From Octopus vulgaris (Eukaryota), in assembly GCA_951406725.2 (NCBI GenBank), contig OX597823.1:65348001-65412000 (forward strand): 64,000 nucleotides of DNA, given 5' to 3'. This document shows, piece after piece, positions 12,401-28,903 of the stretch; position 1 is the stretch's first letter; every line of letters starts with the position of its first letter. The notes under the pieces were generated by a model that saw only the letters and a list, made by a program, of their open reading frames with translations, had not been told where the DNA came from and searched no databases. A program made the position numbers and the translations under genes.

Positions 12401-15400
12401 AAAACTTCATTTATTTACAGCAAGCCTTTGAATTTGTCGTTGCTATTGTTGTTTACACACAGGCAACCCAATCTGTTCCAGCACTATTGTACTGTGATTA
12501 AGATCATTCCAGATGTATTCTGCAAGAATTTCTTGCAGGAGAAGTGCATTGAAGATTTTTTTGTCTGCGTCTTCTAAGGCGGTAAGATGCGATTTGAAGG
12601 AGATTCAGCAATTATTGCTTGTAAGACATACTTCAACGGGCCTCGTTTCCTTTGATACAGGAAGGGTTGGCTATAAACTGGAATGAATGGCCTCATGTTA
12701 AAATATTGAAAGTCCCAAGCATTATAACTTTCACTATATCCAAGTGTAGGCAGACAACACCAGTGAAGAAGCTGAAGTTGTTAATGTCTGTATTCTGTTG
12801 GAGGTACTGCCTTTTTTCACATTCATATTTCTTCAATCTATTCTGAATCTATTGCTTAATATAGATTTTTTTGGTGCCATAAAAACTTCAGCCCAGGTCT
12901 TTATCCAGAAATAGCAACCATAATGCTATAGTTAAACTGCATGTTCTTCAGTGACTTAGGAAAAGGTAGACCACGTATCATACTCAACTACAAAACTCAA
13001 TCATACTTTAGATATGTACAACTGACAGCACGATGCACACTGCATGACGGAAACATTTTGGCATATTTTCAATCCCTGACTTTAAGACTTACAAAGGTGG
13101 CAAACATTTTCAATTTTTTAGGAACATATAATTCATGAGACTACACAACAAAACTCTAAATATGATATAAGAATGGAAAACAAAGCAGAAACGTCAAACT
13201 AAATGCGTTAAACAAAATGTACAACTTCAATCATTTTTATATCCTCAGGTCTAAAAACAGATCTACATTTCTTACAGGTACGTTATTTAGATACGATATC
13301 TGCCGGAGCAGCGAAACACATTGATGCAAGCATTGAGTAGAAAGACACAACATGTATATTTAAATTAGTTTACCCTCAAATATTATCAGTCAGAATCTAA
13401 GATGTATTTTTCTTGTAGATTTCATGCGGTGTGCGTGCCAAGATATGAAATACCAATCTTCTTTAACTGCCATGTAGGCTCAGATGCTTCCACTAAATTA
13501 TCCAGTGTTACTACTCTCATTAATTTTAATTTTTCACATAGGTGCAGTAACAGCAAAATAATGCACTTAATTTATAATTGTAATCGAATATAAGGAGCGG
13601 ACAGAAACAATACAGGAAAGTAAATTTAAAGGGACCTATAAATATACACTGGATAACGTAACTTTCGTATTTTGTTACTTTAGGATACCTACACCTTAGC
13701 AGTACAAATCGTTAACTAAGTAATCTAGTTATTTCTCTTTAAAATCATTTATTGAACTAGCAGTTAGATGGCCATGAAGATTAAATTTGGCGTGTGCTTC
13801 AGTGTGATAAATGTGATATAAAATCCCATATCGTAGCTCAAAAATGTTATACTTTAACTCTGCGTTCTAAATCTGTTTTTCATCTTTTTTAGATTTTAGA
13901 TTGTTACAATTAATGCTGTCAAGTTAGAAGTAAATTAATCACACTAATTTAGCCACAATAACGAGCACCGTAATTCTGTAACAGTACTGTATTCGACAAT
14001 TGTGATGTCAATAATTTCACATGAAATAACACTGCTTTAATGACATTTTGATGGCGTAGGATTAACCCACTACGGTTTAAGTAAGATAGTATTTGCATTT
14101 GCGTCCATTAAATGTTCGTTCATCATTTGCTGTCAGTGTTGCTAGGCATCTTTATAAAGTTGATTTCAGTTGAGCTTCGCTAGCATTATTGACGCCGTCT
14201 GATGCGTTTGCTTTGCTACATTGTTGTTCTAAAAAGCGTGCTGTGGGTAATTTTGTTTCAGTATGTTTGAATGCCGTCTATTTTCAAGCACTTAGTGTTG
14301 ATATATTTGCGCAATTGGCTCTTGTTATGTAAATATATGTTGCTTCATCGTAAACTTTATTTAGAAATAACTGGTTACGGTTGTCTTGAAAAGCGCATGT
14401 CTTAAATAATTTACAGTTTATTTTTGCTTTCTTAATGCTATTCATTGTGGCTTTTATTTTCACTAACAGTTTGGATGGCTTATATAGTTGGTGCAATGTA
14501 TGATATTGATTACATTGGCGCACAACGCTTCATTAACTTATTTCAGCACGCTCCTTTGGAGAGGCGTCAAGGCAAAAGACCCAGGAGGTTGCTTTGGCTT
14601 TTATACCTTTTTGCTACTGTCATATCAATGTTGTTTCAGCTTCCTTAAAATAGTTTCATGTAATTTCTTTATTCAATACAAGAACATGATATTTCATGTA
14701 AGATGGCATTCTTCTTTAAAATTGGATGACAGCCTATTCTTCGCTGTTGCTTGATACTTCTCTTTTATTTTGTATGTCGTAATTTTCCAAGTTCATTGAA
14801 CTGGTTTTTACGTATTCCAAAGTATTCCATTTATATCTCTCGGGGAAAGCTGATACAATTGTACTAATAATATAATGCATAGTAGAGGAAATTTTCTGAT
14901 AGCTTACATACAATCATAATGTCTTTTTTACAATTGATCACGTAAATCTTTTCTACTAATATTACAGAAGTCGTTTAGCAGTAACTCAACATAATCACGA
15001 AAGTTACCTAGGAAAGTACGTCGCATATAAATATCTCTTCACGATTTAAAACATTTCTGGTGAATATTTCACACTAATCAAATGAATTTGGATTAAAGTG
15101 TGTGCTAACTAGATTTTCTCACTTTAGTGTATGGTCACTTGTTTTGATTGATACAACTCACCGCGATTATTATACGCTGTTTCTTCGGAATACACCCTTT
15201 ACAATGTGATGGCAATAGAAACATGCTCTAGTTATCCGGTTTACCTCATCCTTCTCTAGTTAAGACAAGCAATAAATATCTGAATTTTGTTCTACAAATC
15301 TCTACTCATAGAGTGTTGTTACCTGGGTGTATTCACAATTACTACTATACAGCGTGACGTAAACATCGCGATGTGTTTAAGTTGGAAAAGCATATATACC

Positions 15401-16289
15401 GTCTAATTTTTAAGTTTTGATACAATTACAAGAACCATACTTCATTAATTTTTCGTTTACATCTTTGGATAATTATTGTTTTAGAAAGAAAGGTGACCGC
15501 AATATCTTGGCTTTTTTCAAGCATAAAGGTATTATTTGCGTATTGGTTGCGATTTTGAAAATAACACTACTTCTAGGAAAAACCACTTGTAAATGGTAAC
15601 GTTTGGCATCTGGAATAATTGATAAATTATTACTGGTTTTCTATTCATCTAGTCAAATTCCAATACCAATGTCAAATACATTAGTCTCATCATATACTTG
15701 TTTCTGACATGTGATGATTTTGATGAATTCTTCATAACCTACACGATTGAAACTTCTGAAAATACGTATTATTTTCTTTATATTTTTTGTATCTTTAGTA
15801 ATTCTGTTATAAAATGAAAGCTATTTTCCTTACCAGCGCTGGTATGAATTGGCACACTCAAATTTGATTTGTAATTCGCTGACGGTAATAACAAATATAG
15901 AAGTGGTATCGCTTAAAAAGTGTTGCTCTTTTTCTTCTGTTTTTGAGAAAGGTATACCACTAAAAGAACTGCTTCTCTTTGGATGAAAACTGTTTGCCAA
16001 AAGCAGATTCGCGAAATGGATACAAATGATCGATGCTTTTTATTGACTATTCTTTACTGCTACATCAATGGAAGTCAGAGTTTATTGAGGAAATGAACTC
16101 AGCCAAACAATGGAATTTATCAAGCATAATCAACTTAGCAAGACAAGAGCAGAGTTTAACTTTCATTACTTCATGCCTCACCAGAATGCTACTGGCTCTT
16201 CGAGGCAACATCGCCTCTGCGGAACGCCAAACGGTTTTCATCTTGAGGAAGCAGTTGCGTCCTTGAAATTTACAGGCCATGATAGACTT

Positions 16290-16620
16290 TTGAGATTGAT
16301 GCAGTAAGTCAACAGCTGCAAGTTGATGGAAAAACATGAAAGGGAAGCAGGAAATTAATGAATGGCTCATCTCTGATGAGGAGAACTACAAATAGTGGTT
16401 TGGGGCTATCATTGGCAAGAAGAGAGACAACTGCATCGGAAAGTCTTGTGTAGAATTGACACAAGACTAACGGACTCAGAAGAGAAGAAACCACAGGAAT
16501 ACGAGTATAAATGGTGAGGCGGTCATGTACTCTTAGAGCAGCTACGATTGCATTTATTATAATCAATGCAATTAGCAACCACTTGATGACAATCAGTTTC
16601 AGTGATCTTTGTGTGTGTCA
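16290..16620 (-). mobile_element. Highly decayed 3' end of a CR1/L2-group LINE ORF2
   Basis: Frameshifted peptides YSCGFFSSESVSLVS..HKTFR and LLPFHVFPST resemble the xHGxCSSELxxLVP and NSLPxxVFP C-terminal motifs. The match is weak. Confidence 0.35.
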
Positions 16621-17272
16621 CCTAGTGACAATACTGTTCCTAATGCTAGAACAGTATTTTATTGTGAGTCATATACGAGCTAATATTGTTACTAAATAGT
16701 AGCGAGAAAATTATCATTTTGATACAAGAAAGCAACATGCCATAAAATGCGAAGATTTCAATTCTGCTTTTATTGATTGCATTGGCGAGATAATCCGCAG
16801 GAAACAGTGAACGAAAAATGATATACTAATGTTTAATGTCTCACTGTATTTATTTCTCGCATGTCTGTGAGACCAACAATTTCCTTTGCCTTATTGCCTT
16901 TTGTTTGCTATCATTTATTGTGATTAGATAATGGTCATTCAGGCGTAAATATTACAAGCTGATTAAAAACAATTTAAATTATATATTTCAAAAGAAGAAA
17001 TATTTATTATTTAAAGGCCTTCACGTCTTGTGCATATTTCTTCTATACCTAGGTTAGAATGATACGTTTTTCGATAGGTTTCCGGTGACGTAAGCTTAAT
17101 AAAGACTTTGTGTTGGAATGTGTGTTAGCTTTCATTGCAGGAAATTATATATCTTGCTGGGAAATCAACATGTAGTACAAGTGCATGCAATCCAGAGTGT
17201 TTTGCATTCTGCATAATGACAGTAAAGAGCACATACATGAGAATATCTGATTAGTGATTGCTTATGTTATTG

Positions 17273-17473
17273 TTTGTTCCTTCTCGAGCCACGCTTAGCT
17301 CATAAGGACCGGTATCCCAGTTTCATTGACGCATAGGTTCCCCCACCTGGACGGAACGCCAGTCTGTCGCAAGTAAGCTGCTAGATGCCGGAGGAAAGAG
17401 TGAGAGAAAGTTGTGGCGAAAAAAATCAGCTAAAGTTTGCCATTACCTTCTGCCGGAGCCGCGTGAAGCTTAG
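17273..17473 (-). mobile_element. SINE-like repeat, diverged relative of 32262-32465
   Basis: Reverse complement contains CAACTTTCTCTCACTCTTTCCTCC..TGCGACAGACTGGCGTTCCGTCCAGGTGGGG. Confidence 0.65.
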
Positions 17474-18024
17474 AGATGTTAGAATTTATTTCCTGAAACA
17501 GGTTAAATTTACTATACGGTAAATATTATTACTTTGATTTTGACAATATATACATCACAGCTGTGATAATAATACAGGAAAATTACAGGGTTGAATTTCA
17601 GACATGGATTCACTTAGTTGTGTCACTCTTTTAAACTATTTATCATATTTTAGTAAATATAAGCAAAACCATTGCACTAAGGTTAAGAAATTTGCTTTGA
17701 AACTACTTGCCTCATGTTTTAAAAGTGCTTCACATCACTTCTAGAATATATCTCTCACCGTAGAGGTGGGTTGTGTAACATTTAGTGAGGGGAATCTGGT
17801 TCACAGAAATTACGAATATGTAACACACATATATGCGTATGACTTTTACCTACAATATATTATAGAGAAAGCCAGAATTTTAAAACAATCCTTCTGTTAT
17901 TCGTCTCACCATCAGAAAATGCAGGGAAGTCGTGGAAGCATACTTGAAAACCTGAAAGCAGCGATATCATTCACAAATCATAATTCAGAGAAATACCCAA
18001 CCAAGAAACCTACAACCCAAAATA

Positions 18025-18058
<34 letters not shown>

Positions 18059-18812
18059 GGGTTGCTTGTGTGTGTGCGTGTGTGTGTGTAACAAACAAGA
18101 CCTAATTCTTTGTAGGTGTTTTTTTGTTTAAACATCACCAGTATTTGCTGCTTCGTAATTTGTTCTTCTACGAAGAGTGCTTCGTCCATACTGTTTGGAG
18201 ACAAAGCTCATTAAGGTGAACTGGACAATTTCTTTAATAACTTTTATACAAACCTTCAATAAATTGTCTGCTCTCATTACTGTATCTCATGGCAACATGC
18301 TTTACCATTATATTTTATTTTTACTTTTCAACCAATAGGAATATCATTCCAATAATCTATATTCTTTCAGTATAGTTTCTTCTGCTGATTCTTTTTTCGT
18401 CGTATCAATATACAAGCTGCCGTCAGGCTGCAGCATTGTCTTCAACGGTTTTAGCCAATTGTAACGACCATAGTTTTTATTCAAGTTGAGCATTTTGTTA
18501 GCCAATTTACTCTTAACGATTGCTTCAGTAAGCCCATTTACAAAACAAATAACAATGAAAAAAGAAAAACCTCACAAATTTTGATCGCATACACGTGAAA
18601 ACATATGTGAGTCAGTGTATATGTGTGTGAGCGTGTGTGTGTGTGTGTGTGTGAGTGTGTGTGTTTGTGAGATCACGACGAGCTTTAACAGTGTCTGGCG
18701 TCCTCTCAAAGATTTTGTATGTAGTATAATCAACATGTACAAACATACGCCACTGAAAGAACAAGCGAGACATATGTGATAACGAAATGAACTTCACACA
18801 GATGCACATACA

Positions 18813-18869
<57 letters not shown>

Positions 18870-20119
18870 CTATTCTCTCTAATATATTGTGAATACATCT
18901 TCTCGTATGCAGCAATGTTATAGTTTGTTGGATACGAGAAAATTAATATAAAGAAATAAGTAAATAAATGAATATATAATCAAATAAAAGAAGTAGGATT
19001 TTTGGTAAAAGTTCAAAAGAGAGGAAAAATCAAAGTTGTGATGTTAGCATAGCAAAACTGTTGAATATAGTAATTTGAATATGTCTTTCAGGAATTTTCA
19101 TCTGTCTAAAGAATGGTGTGTTTGGAAATGAAAACAATCGAGATATTCTGTACAACTGGCAGTCAAACTAGTTTTGCAAATAGCTGTAAATAGAAAATTT
19201 GGATTGGCGAAATTACAAAGATGAAATATATTGTAGTTTATGAATAATAAATTTTTCTGCTTTTGACAGTAAAATTTATGGCAGAAGGAAATAGAAAAAT
19301 AGATCTGTTTCTTATTTCCTCTTGACTTGAAGGCGTTTGGCAGCGAGTAAGACCTTGTTTAAGAATAGAAGCACTTAAGATCGAAATCAAATTAAAGATC
19401 TGTATGGCTGTGCCGTTGTGAGGTTTTCAATAAATGGTCAGCTGGGTAGGTTAGTGCAGTTTGTATGTATGTGTAATGGTTGTGTTAAAGATAACCATAG
19501 ATAAATGACACGAATAGAGGTTTAAATAAACAATTTACTCTTTAAAGAAACAACTGCTACTGCTGTTGCTGCTGCTATTACTGCTGCTGCTGCCGCTGCC
19601 TTGGCTATTGCTGCTGCTTCGACCGCTCTAACTACTGCTGACAGATATCATTACCGCTTCACTGTTTCCTTTCATTATTTCTCTCTTACACATGTAGGTT
19701 ATTCTTGAGTATTTCTCCAGAAATCAATTTTGAGATTGCTGCAGAGTACTGGAAATGGCAGCCATCCATACTTCTTTGCACATTCCCACTAACACGGCGA
19801 AACAAAGGCGTACTTAGGTATCTTTCTTTATTAAAACACATCCTCTTTTGGAAATCTGTATTAAATTACCGATCAGTCTATTTGTCAGAGGTGAGGATAG
19901 CGGATACGTTCGAATTGCAAGAAATTATAACTAGGTCTCCCTTGAGACACAGACAATAATCTTTAAAGGCAGAAAGTTGCGGGTCATATGGTACCAGTAA
20001 TGCCGGTTAAAACAAGAAATGGGAATTTTTATATTCCGGCTGCAATAACATAGCTAACGTGGACCTAAATAAAAGTAAAAAGGACGACGGCCTGTCATAC
20101 TAGTAATAATGATAAACAG

Positions 20120-20936
<817 letters not shown>

Positions 20937-23900
20937 AATAACAATAATAATAACAACCACCAATTCTTACGCAAAACAAGTAGAAGATCCAAGAAAAACT
21001 ATCAACTCTCCAATTCATTTAACATCTTTTTCAATTACTGTGCTACAAACATAGCCACTAAGTGGTTGTGTCACGTACTAGAAATAACAACGAACTTCCT
21101 AAAATTACCTCCTGCCATCTAAAATATGATCATATAAGATAATGTAATCGTATATGGGGCAACTACGAATAGTATGGCTGGAGCTAATTTTCACTACCAA
21201 CTAAATTGAGCATTTAAGTTTGGAGATGAATTTTCAGCTCAAGGCGGCAAATTGATAGAGTCACTATAATTTCGGGTTGGATGCTTTGCGACATTTTTAC
21301 TGTGATGATTTAAGATCTGACTTCAAATCCATCGAGATTACTTTACCCCGTCACTATTTCAGAGTCACTAAACAATGTACAACTATTTCAGATTCTTATT
21401 CTTCTGTCTAGCCTAAGTGCTCTCGCTTCCTCTGTAAGAGATCAGAAGAAATAAGGCCCTCACAAGGATGAGATGTGAAAGTCATGCCGAACGTCACGAC
21501 GGCGACCCTGAAATTCTATCGGGAGTAAAAGGCCCAAGGTAAGTTAAGGCAATTGACATCATGTCTAAGGAATCTTTCTAGGTTTCACACGTAAATCACA
21601 GACTTTTGCTCTGAGCATTCGACATTTTAATATGTGAACCACTTACCTTGTAATTGTCAGCTGTTCTGACACGTAATTTATGTAAGAATATCAAAAATGA
21701 TCCGTTGCTTATTTTCAAGTTCAGTTTTGTGTATCCGGCCAATGCAGCCACAATCTGTCAGACATTTGGAAGCGTCTACACAGGCTTTCAGAAGCCTGTC
21801 CCATGAAAGAAACCATTACAGAAATGAATTCCTGGAGAAGCCCTTCAGAAAGGAAGCAATGAAAGAACATTAGCAACAGCTTAAAACTTCTGAGCTAATT
21901 GTAGTGGTTTGATATGCCTACATAGAATGTAATACCGCTATAGTGTGGCTGGGGCCTTGCTTCCATGAGATGAAACACACCTAATTATATATAACTGGAA
22001 AAGCTGACACTATACGAAAATATCCCATTCAATTCACAAACATTTACCGCGAATTCAAACACAAGCTCAATAAAATGCAGATATGATAATAAATAAAATA
22101 CAGGTATGATAGTAAACAAAATACAGGTATGATAATCAATAACGTAGCGTTAAAGAAACGGCACAAAACAATCAGGAAATTGGACATGATTTAAATTCCT
22201 CTTTTGTTATCTCCAGGGCTATCAAAATAAAAGCTGGCAATAACTGCTCAGTTGTCTTCCCAACTTGCCACAACTAAATATGCATACCAATGCAAGACAT
22301 AGAAGCTGAATGCTAAATTTGTAGTTTACTTTGATAACACAAATACCGAAATTCTGTTACATATTCTGAACTGGCCACTTCAGAATATATTATACATAAC
22401 ACTGAAGTTACTTGTCTCCAATGGAAATTATGCAACGAAAAACAAAAACAAAGCTCTACCAACTGTATCATGGTAGGTGTATTCCCCAGAGGCTGTAGTG
22501 AAAAATAAAATAGTATGATGTAATACTTTGTACTATGTAAATACATACAGATAAAAATAGCGGAATGAAGCTCTATTGTATAAAAGTCATTAAATCCAAG
22601 ACTTGTAAACATATTGATATCGTTTGCCAGACAGGCAATTACTTCTCAGTAAAGAAAAATGGAAAAAGTGTAAATAGAAATATCGATAATATTTAACATA
22701 GACAAAAGAATATGCCTTCTAATTATAGGCCTGTTGGGATGTGGAAAGCATGATAGAAAGCAGAAAAATCGAAGGCCCAACATGTAAATTCTTTGATATA
22801 TAAAGTTCAGAAGATGATACCCTGGGAATTGAAGATATTTTGCAAAGACTTTTATCAATAAAGAAATGATGAAAACAACAAATCTAATCTAGCTATATAA
22901 AAGATACGCAATGGCTTCCGGAGAATAAAGTAATGCTACTGTAAATGAAACAATATAGTCATTTTACAGAGCTAATACATCTCGGATATTCAAGTTAAAA
23001 CTATGTTTGTTCTTATAGCATCACTGGGAACAAGGTCCTGACAATAGTTCAATAGATTGTGAGATATTATGAGAGATATACCGAGAACAGATTTACGGAA
23101 TGTATTGTTTTTATCTATCCTAGATGGATATAACGGAACTTCTTTTGAGAAACGTTGTTTTTGTTTAGCGTGAGATGAAGCTCTGATCACGCCAGCCTAT
23201 GATCAAAGTCATTCAAGATATGACCATCCCGTATTTATTCCTTTGTTGGATAACTTGGCTACAACATCTAATTCATCCTTTTGTGATTGGAGGGATATTT
23301 GACTGGTACTATTGGCATGTGAAGGGACTGTTCAAAGGATCTATCATTGGCTCCTTTGGAGTTGAATATACGTGGCCTCAAGTAATCGTACGTCATGCAA
23401 TATAGAACAAAAGAAATCAGAACCACATGCACAAGTATATGAAACAGATAAGATAAAATAAGCAGAACAAAGAGGGAAAGCAGCAGAAGAGCACGATCAA
23501 TTACGAAGCAAGTATAGTCTCAATAGTAGATATAATATTATTGATAAAACACACCAAGTAGCTTCATCATAAATTACAGCTTCAATATATTTAATTTGCA
23601 AATGAATCTTTCCATGGAACCCAGAAAATCGCACAATCGGATTTTTGTAAGTTAACACACACAAGGATAGAATATAGTTACTACGCACATAACGAGAAGG
23701 AAGAAGGATGATTCAGATTAAAAAGAAAACAGTTGGAAATTAACTACAGCAATTATAAAAAATAAACATCGTGAGGCAAAAATAAACAAAAACAATAAAC
23801 TCATTATAAATATAACAGAATAAGAACGATTATACAAAATACGAAAACAAAAAAACAATTCAGTACAATGAGAAAACGTTTAGAGACGTACAAAGCAACA

Positions 23901-24099
23901 GAGCAGTTAAGGGAAAGATAACATGAAAACAGAAGTGTTGATAAATGTTAAAAAACACGTAAGTGGATAGAGAAAGAAACACACATTTCCATGTTAAAAG
24001 AAATAAAATTGATGCAGTACGAAAGCGATGAATAACTTAGAAATAGAGAACATGTTGAGGTATATAATATCATTGCCAAGGAACAGCCAATCAAATAAG

Positions 24100-24810
24100 A
24101 TAAATAAAATAATATTGCAAGAGTCTAACTGTCATGGTAGACAACATGAACATATTGGTTATCTAGTCAATATAGCACCTGTATAGATTGCAAAAGAAAA
24201 CATGAAACTTGATCCTTATTGTAGAAAATTGTACATTTAAATAACAATTGTTTTAAAGTTCGCACCAGCTGTTTACCATTTGTAGCATACAGTTTTTGAT
24301 GATCCATTTACAAGATATTGCAGATTGTGTTGCCGTAACAGTTGTAACCACATCTAGTTCTGTTTAGCATGTCAAATGAAGGTGTCAGCATCAAGCAGAA
24401 AATTAGTGGAGAGAGCATGTCTCCCTGAAAGATTCCCCTTCTAATGGGGGTGGTTTTGGTTTTTATGAGTCCCTCTTTTGTCTGTTTGCCATTTATTCAT
24501 GGAATGTTTTATATATTTGTTTGCCATTTGTTCATGGAATGTTTGATATAATTTATGATTATTAGTGCTACCTAGTGTTTCTAAGATCCATGTTTGGGGA
24601 ATACTAGCAAAAGCTTTTCAATTATCCAGCCAAGCAATACTTAGGCCCCTCTTCTTTCTTCAGCTGCCTTCAGTTATGGCTTCATTGATCAGTAGCTGAT
24701 CTTTACAACCTTATGGACCCTTGCAACATCCCTTCTAATCTTCTGGAAACAGGTTGTTTTCTTTCTGATGTTTTCACATTCTCTGCGATATTCTCTGCAG
24801 CAAAAGCTTT
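24100..24810 (-). mobile_element. Non-LTR retrotransposon reverse transcriptase fragment, R4/Dong-like
   Basis: Minus-strand peptides GCKDQLLINEAI, LSIAWLDN*KAFASIPQTWILETL, PIRRGIFQGDMLSPLIFCLML and MDxxKLYA. Stops, frameshifts and a ~35-bp internal duplication at ~24483-24553. Confidence 0.8.
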
Positions 24811-25745
24811 GTAAACTCAAGAGAATGTTTGTCAAAACAAAATTAGAAGTTAGTTTTAAAAGTAATTGGATTATAAGATGATAATGTGATATTAAGTTGA
24901 GAGTAAAGGGTGTTTGCCTTTATAACAGTTTCATGCATGCGTCTACTGTAGCTATGTACATTTCTGTGTTCCCCATGCCTGTGCAACGTTATCTTTGATG
25001 AATACAGAATTGTGTTTTTATAGTACATATATTTCCCCTTGTAGGATCTCTTTCATTGTTTCTGGTATTATAGCAAATTTGAAGCATGCTAATTATGCCG
25101 GGAGTAGGTGTTATAAATGTTAAGTATCGATTATCTAAGAATATTAGTGTTATTTTATTACGTGATAGATGTATAGATTGATAAAAATTATTGCTGGAGT
25201 TGTATTTTATTCTTTTGTGTGTGGCGATATATTATTATAGGTAAGATTTTGGTAGATGCTATTTAACAAGGCGAGATTTACATATAGTGTGAATTATGTG
25301 AGTCTATATTTCTTATTGATTATGCAAGTTACGTCTTGTGTTCAAAGTCTGTACTGTGTCGGTTGTACCATTGAACCGAATGGCGACCAAAATTGAACTC
25401 AGTCATTCATTTCCTTTGTTGTGTTGTGATACGTAAATTTGAAGTTATAATATGCATATCAGTTTAGAGCAGCACTAAATATAGTTTAAGTATGCTTGTT
25501 TATAGACTTGTAAGTAGAGTTTACAACTGTCAAGTAATGAAATCTGTTAGGAAATTTACGTTCTTCACATTTATGAGTTTTAAATTAACAAATTACATGT
25601 TACAACTTTCTTTATAGTTTTCTTACAGCGTTGAGCAATACACATAACAGCTGCCAGGAACCTTTCATTGAGCGTAAGTAAATGAAATTAGTCGATTGAC
25701 TTGTAAAATACACGTAATGAAATAATCAGAATTCGTATTGTATTA

Positions 25746-26100
25746 CAGGGTGGAGCATAAAGATCTCCCACATTGGGAATGAATATAAGAAGAAAACGCA
25801 ACCGTCCAGGAACAAGTTTATTATGTTTCTAAAAGGACATAAAAATAGTTTATTTCACTGGGTTTTAAAACAATATTGGGAAAATGGCAGTCGTTGTTGG
25901 CAATACATTGATGCAGTCTTTCCCGGAAGTTCTCCATGACACTCCGTGTCATCTTAGGTTGTATTGCATTTATTTCCTTACGAATCCTCAATAGTTAGAG
26001 GACGATGTCGGAAAATATTTTTCTTTGGGTGCCCTCGAAGGAAAAAGTCACAAGGGCTTAAATCTGGTGACCTTGCCGGCCACTCCACTTCTGCCTCAAG
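25746..26100 (-). mobile_element. Tc1/mariner-superfamily relic (3' end)
   Basis: TA + CAGGGTG terminus and peptide WPARSPDLSPCDFFLRGHPKKNIF. Confidence 0.75.
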
Positions 26101-27697
26101 GTTTCTGAGTATTCTAAGGATGAATACCAAAATGATAGATCTTAGTCTTCCAAATGACATCTATCTCGCTTCCCTACTTCTAAATCCACACGGTGCCTCC
26201 TCCAAATGTGGGAGATCATTATGTCCCATCATGTACTAAACTAAATATATGTCAAATATGTCATTACCATTTATATCGCGAATAATGTCGTTTGTCTAGA
26301 AATCATTTCTGATCGAGAAGACCTGTAACCAAAAGCATTCAAACCATGATCATTAACACTTAGATTTGTATGTTCATATTTTAAAACAGCTGAGTATGGT
26401 CTTATGGTAATTTGGCTGATGTTTTTTTGTTGGCGTAATATAATGTTAATTTAAACCTATGTTTTCCTGTGCTGAAGGTGAGGAAACTATTCTCAAATTT
26501 TCATGTTTTGCTGTTCATGGGTAATGGGTGTCTCACATATATAGACTATATGCAATGTATGTGCACTTGTGATTATACTGGGAAAACAGGTGAGATATAT
26601 CTTTGCCATTCCAACGAAGGGAACTGTTATATCATCATCTACATCAGATGTTTTTTTCTTGTTTATATTCAACCCCAAACCTATAATCGAGCAGATCTAT
26701 GATAAATCACCTAGACTCCAGCCATTTAAATTCCTTATTTATTTTCTAGGTATCGTGAACCGTGAAAAACAGGATTACTAAACGCAAAGAGATTTCTTTT
26801 AAAAATAAATCGTAAATGTAGTCATTCAAATGTCGCCCAATCTACTCCTTCGTTTAAAAGTGTATTTAAGACAAAATTCCTGAAATTAAAATATATATTA
26901 CAGTCTCTATTTTTAATTATCGACGTCAAGCATTGCCCTTTAGTTTCAGTAACAAAACTATTTATACAAATATTTGCAATCTCACATGGATTCCTTAATT
27001 AAGTATAATTGACCCTCATTAAAAAGGAGGAAACAAATGATGAAATTAATTCACATTAGTAAACTAGTTGTGAGGTTCATTGAACTAACTGATGAAGGTG
27101 AACTAGTTGCGAATTTCATTAAGCTAAGCAGGTGCACGTATCTGAACTTTTATCAAGTTAAGTGGGTCTTCAAGTTATTTTCTGCTAAAATCATGGCTTC
27201 TAAAATTACAACTGTAAAACTGAAATTTCAGCAGAGAAAAAGCCAATTTGATGTTTCTTTCTCTCTCCATAGGTCTCTAATTTGATTTTTCTCTCTCACT
27301 CTCTCACGCTCTCCCTCTCTTCCATTCTATCTTAATCACTTTCTTTCTCTTCTTTTTCCCCCTATCACTCTCGTATTATTTCAGTTTCAATGTTTTGTAT
27401 ATTTTCTCAATTCCAATTTAGCACACAAGGCTGGGAATTCACAATGATTTGATAAATTTAGATAATGTCACATGAAATGAAACGATGCTGACAATAATGG
27501 CAACGATAAAGATATAATAGGTTAGATGACGATGATGAGTAACAGAAGGATGGCGTCTAGGTACATACAAAGATACAAATATACATACATACATATACAA
27601 AAAACATATATCTCTCTCTAATATTTATATACACACATACATACATACATACACATAAACACACAGACGCATATATATATATATATATATACACACT

Positions 27698-27908
27698 ATT
27701 TTACTCTTTTAATTGTTTTAGTCATTTGGCTGCGGCCATGCTGGAGCAATAAATGGACCTCAGAAATATTCTTTGTAAGCCTACTATTTATCCTGTCGGC
27801 CTCTTTTGTTACGTGGACGTAAACACACCAGCATCGATTGTCAAGACAAACACAGACACACCAACATATACATACATACATACATACATATATATACATA
27901 CATACATA

Positions 27909-27988
<80 letters not shown>

Positions 27989-28083
27989 CGAAGGGCTCCT
28001 TTCAGGTTCCGTCTACCAAATCCACTCACAAGGTTTTGGTTGGCCCGAGGCTATAGTAGAAGACACTTGCTCAAGGTACCACA
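27698..28083 (-). mobile_element. SINE (OR/OK-type) with internal microsatellite
   Basis: rc of CCTTGAGCAAGTGTCTTCTACTATAGCCTCGGGCCAACCAAAACCTTGTGAGTGGATTTGGTAGACGGAA, with tail GCTCCAGCATGGCCGCAG. Confidence 0.8.
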
Positions 28084-28569
28084 ACTCATTAGCCACATTA
28101 CTAAGATAGTCCTTTTTGTACCCAATGACTTGATTTGACTCTTATTCTTAGCAATGCTTGTATTACTTTGCACCTTTGTCACTTTAGTGACATTTATAAA
28201 TTTACCTTTTGGGTTTTAAATTGCTAATAAGCCACCTACATTATTTATTGTATACAGTTCTACCGTTTTGAAACAGCACATGCTTGTCACGATTTTTCTT
28301 CTAAGTTAACAAGGTGAGTTGATCTTAAGTTTAACCTTAGGCGCAGTAAAATCCACTGACGAGAATTTGTGATGCTACGCATAAGAATTCGAAATGACTT
28401 GATATGGGTATACCTGTTACTTCAGTAGGGAGATTTGTCACGCTGCAGTAGGGAGCTGTGTCTCTCTCGTCGACTTACTAAGATAGTGTCTTTTGTAGCT
28501 ACTGAGGTGCTTTCGCTATTATTTCTAACAATGCTGGTACTATATTTGTACCCGTGCCACTTTAGTGAC

Positions 28570-28615
28570 GTTTATGTATATATATATACACATACATATG
28601 TGTGTTTGTGTTTAC

Positions 28616-28665
<50 letters not shown>

Positions 28666-28686
28666 ACATACATGTATGTATATATG

Positions 28687-28733
<47 letters not shown>

Positions 28734-28763
28734 ACATGTATGTATGTATGTATATATATATGC

Positions 28764-28811
<48 letters not shown>

Positions 28812-28844
28812 ACATGCATGTATGTATATATGTATGTATGTATA

Positions 28845-28903
<59 letters not shown>

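Noticed and set aside
14284-14754. Short ORFs that might be host exons
   Set aside because: No recognisable domain, no consistent splice pattern and AT-rich composition.
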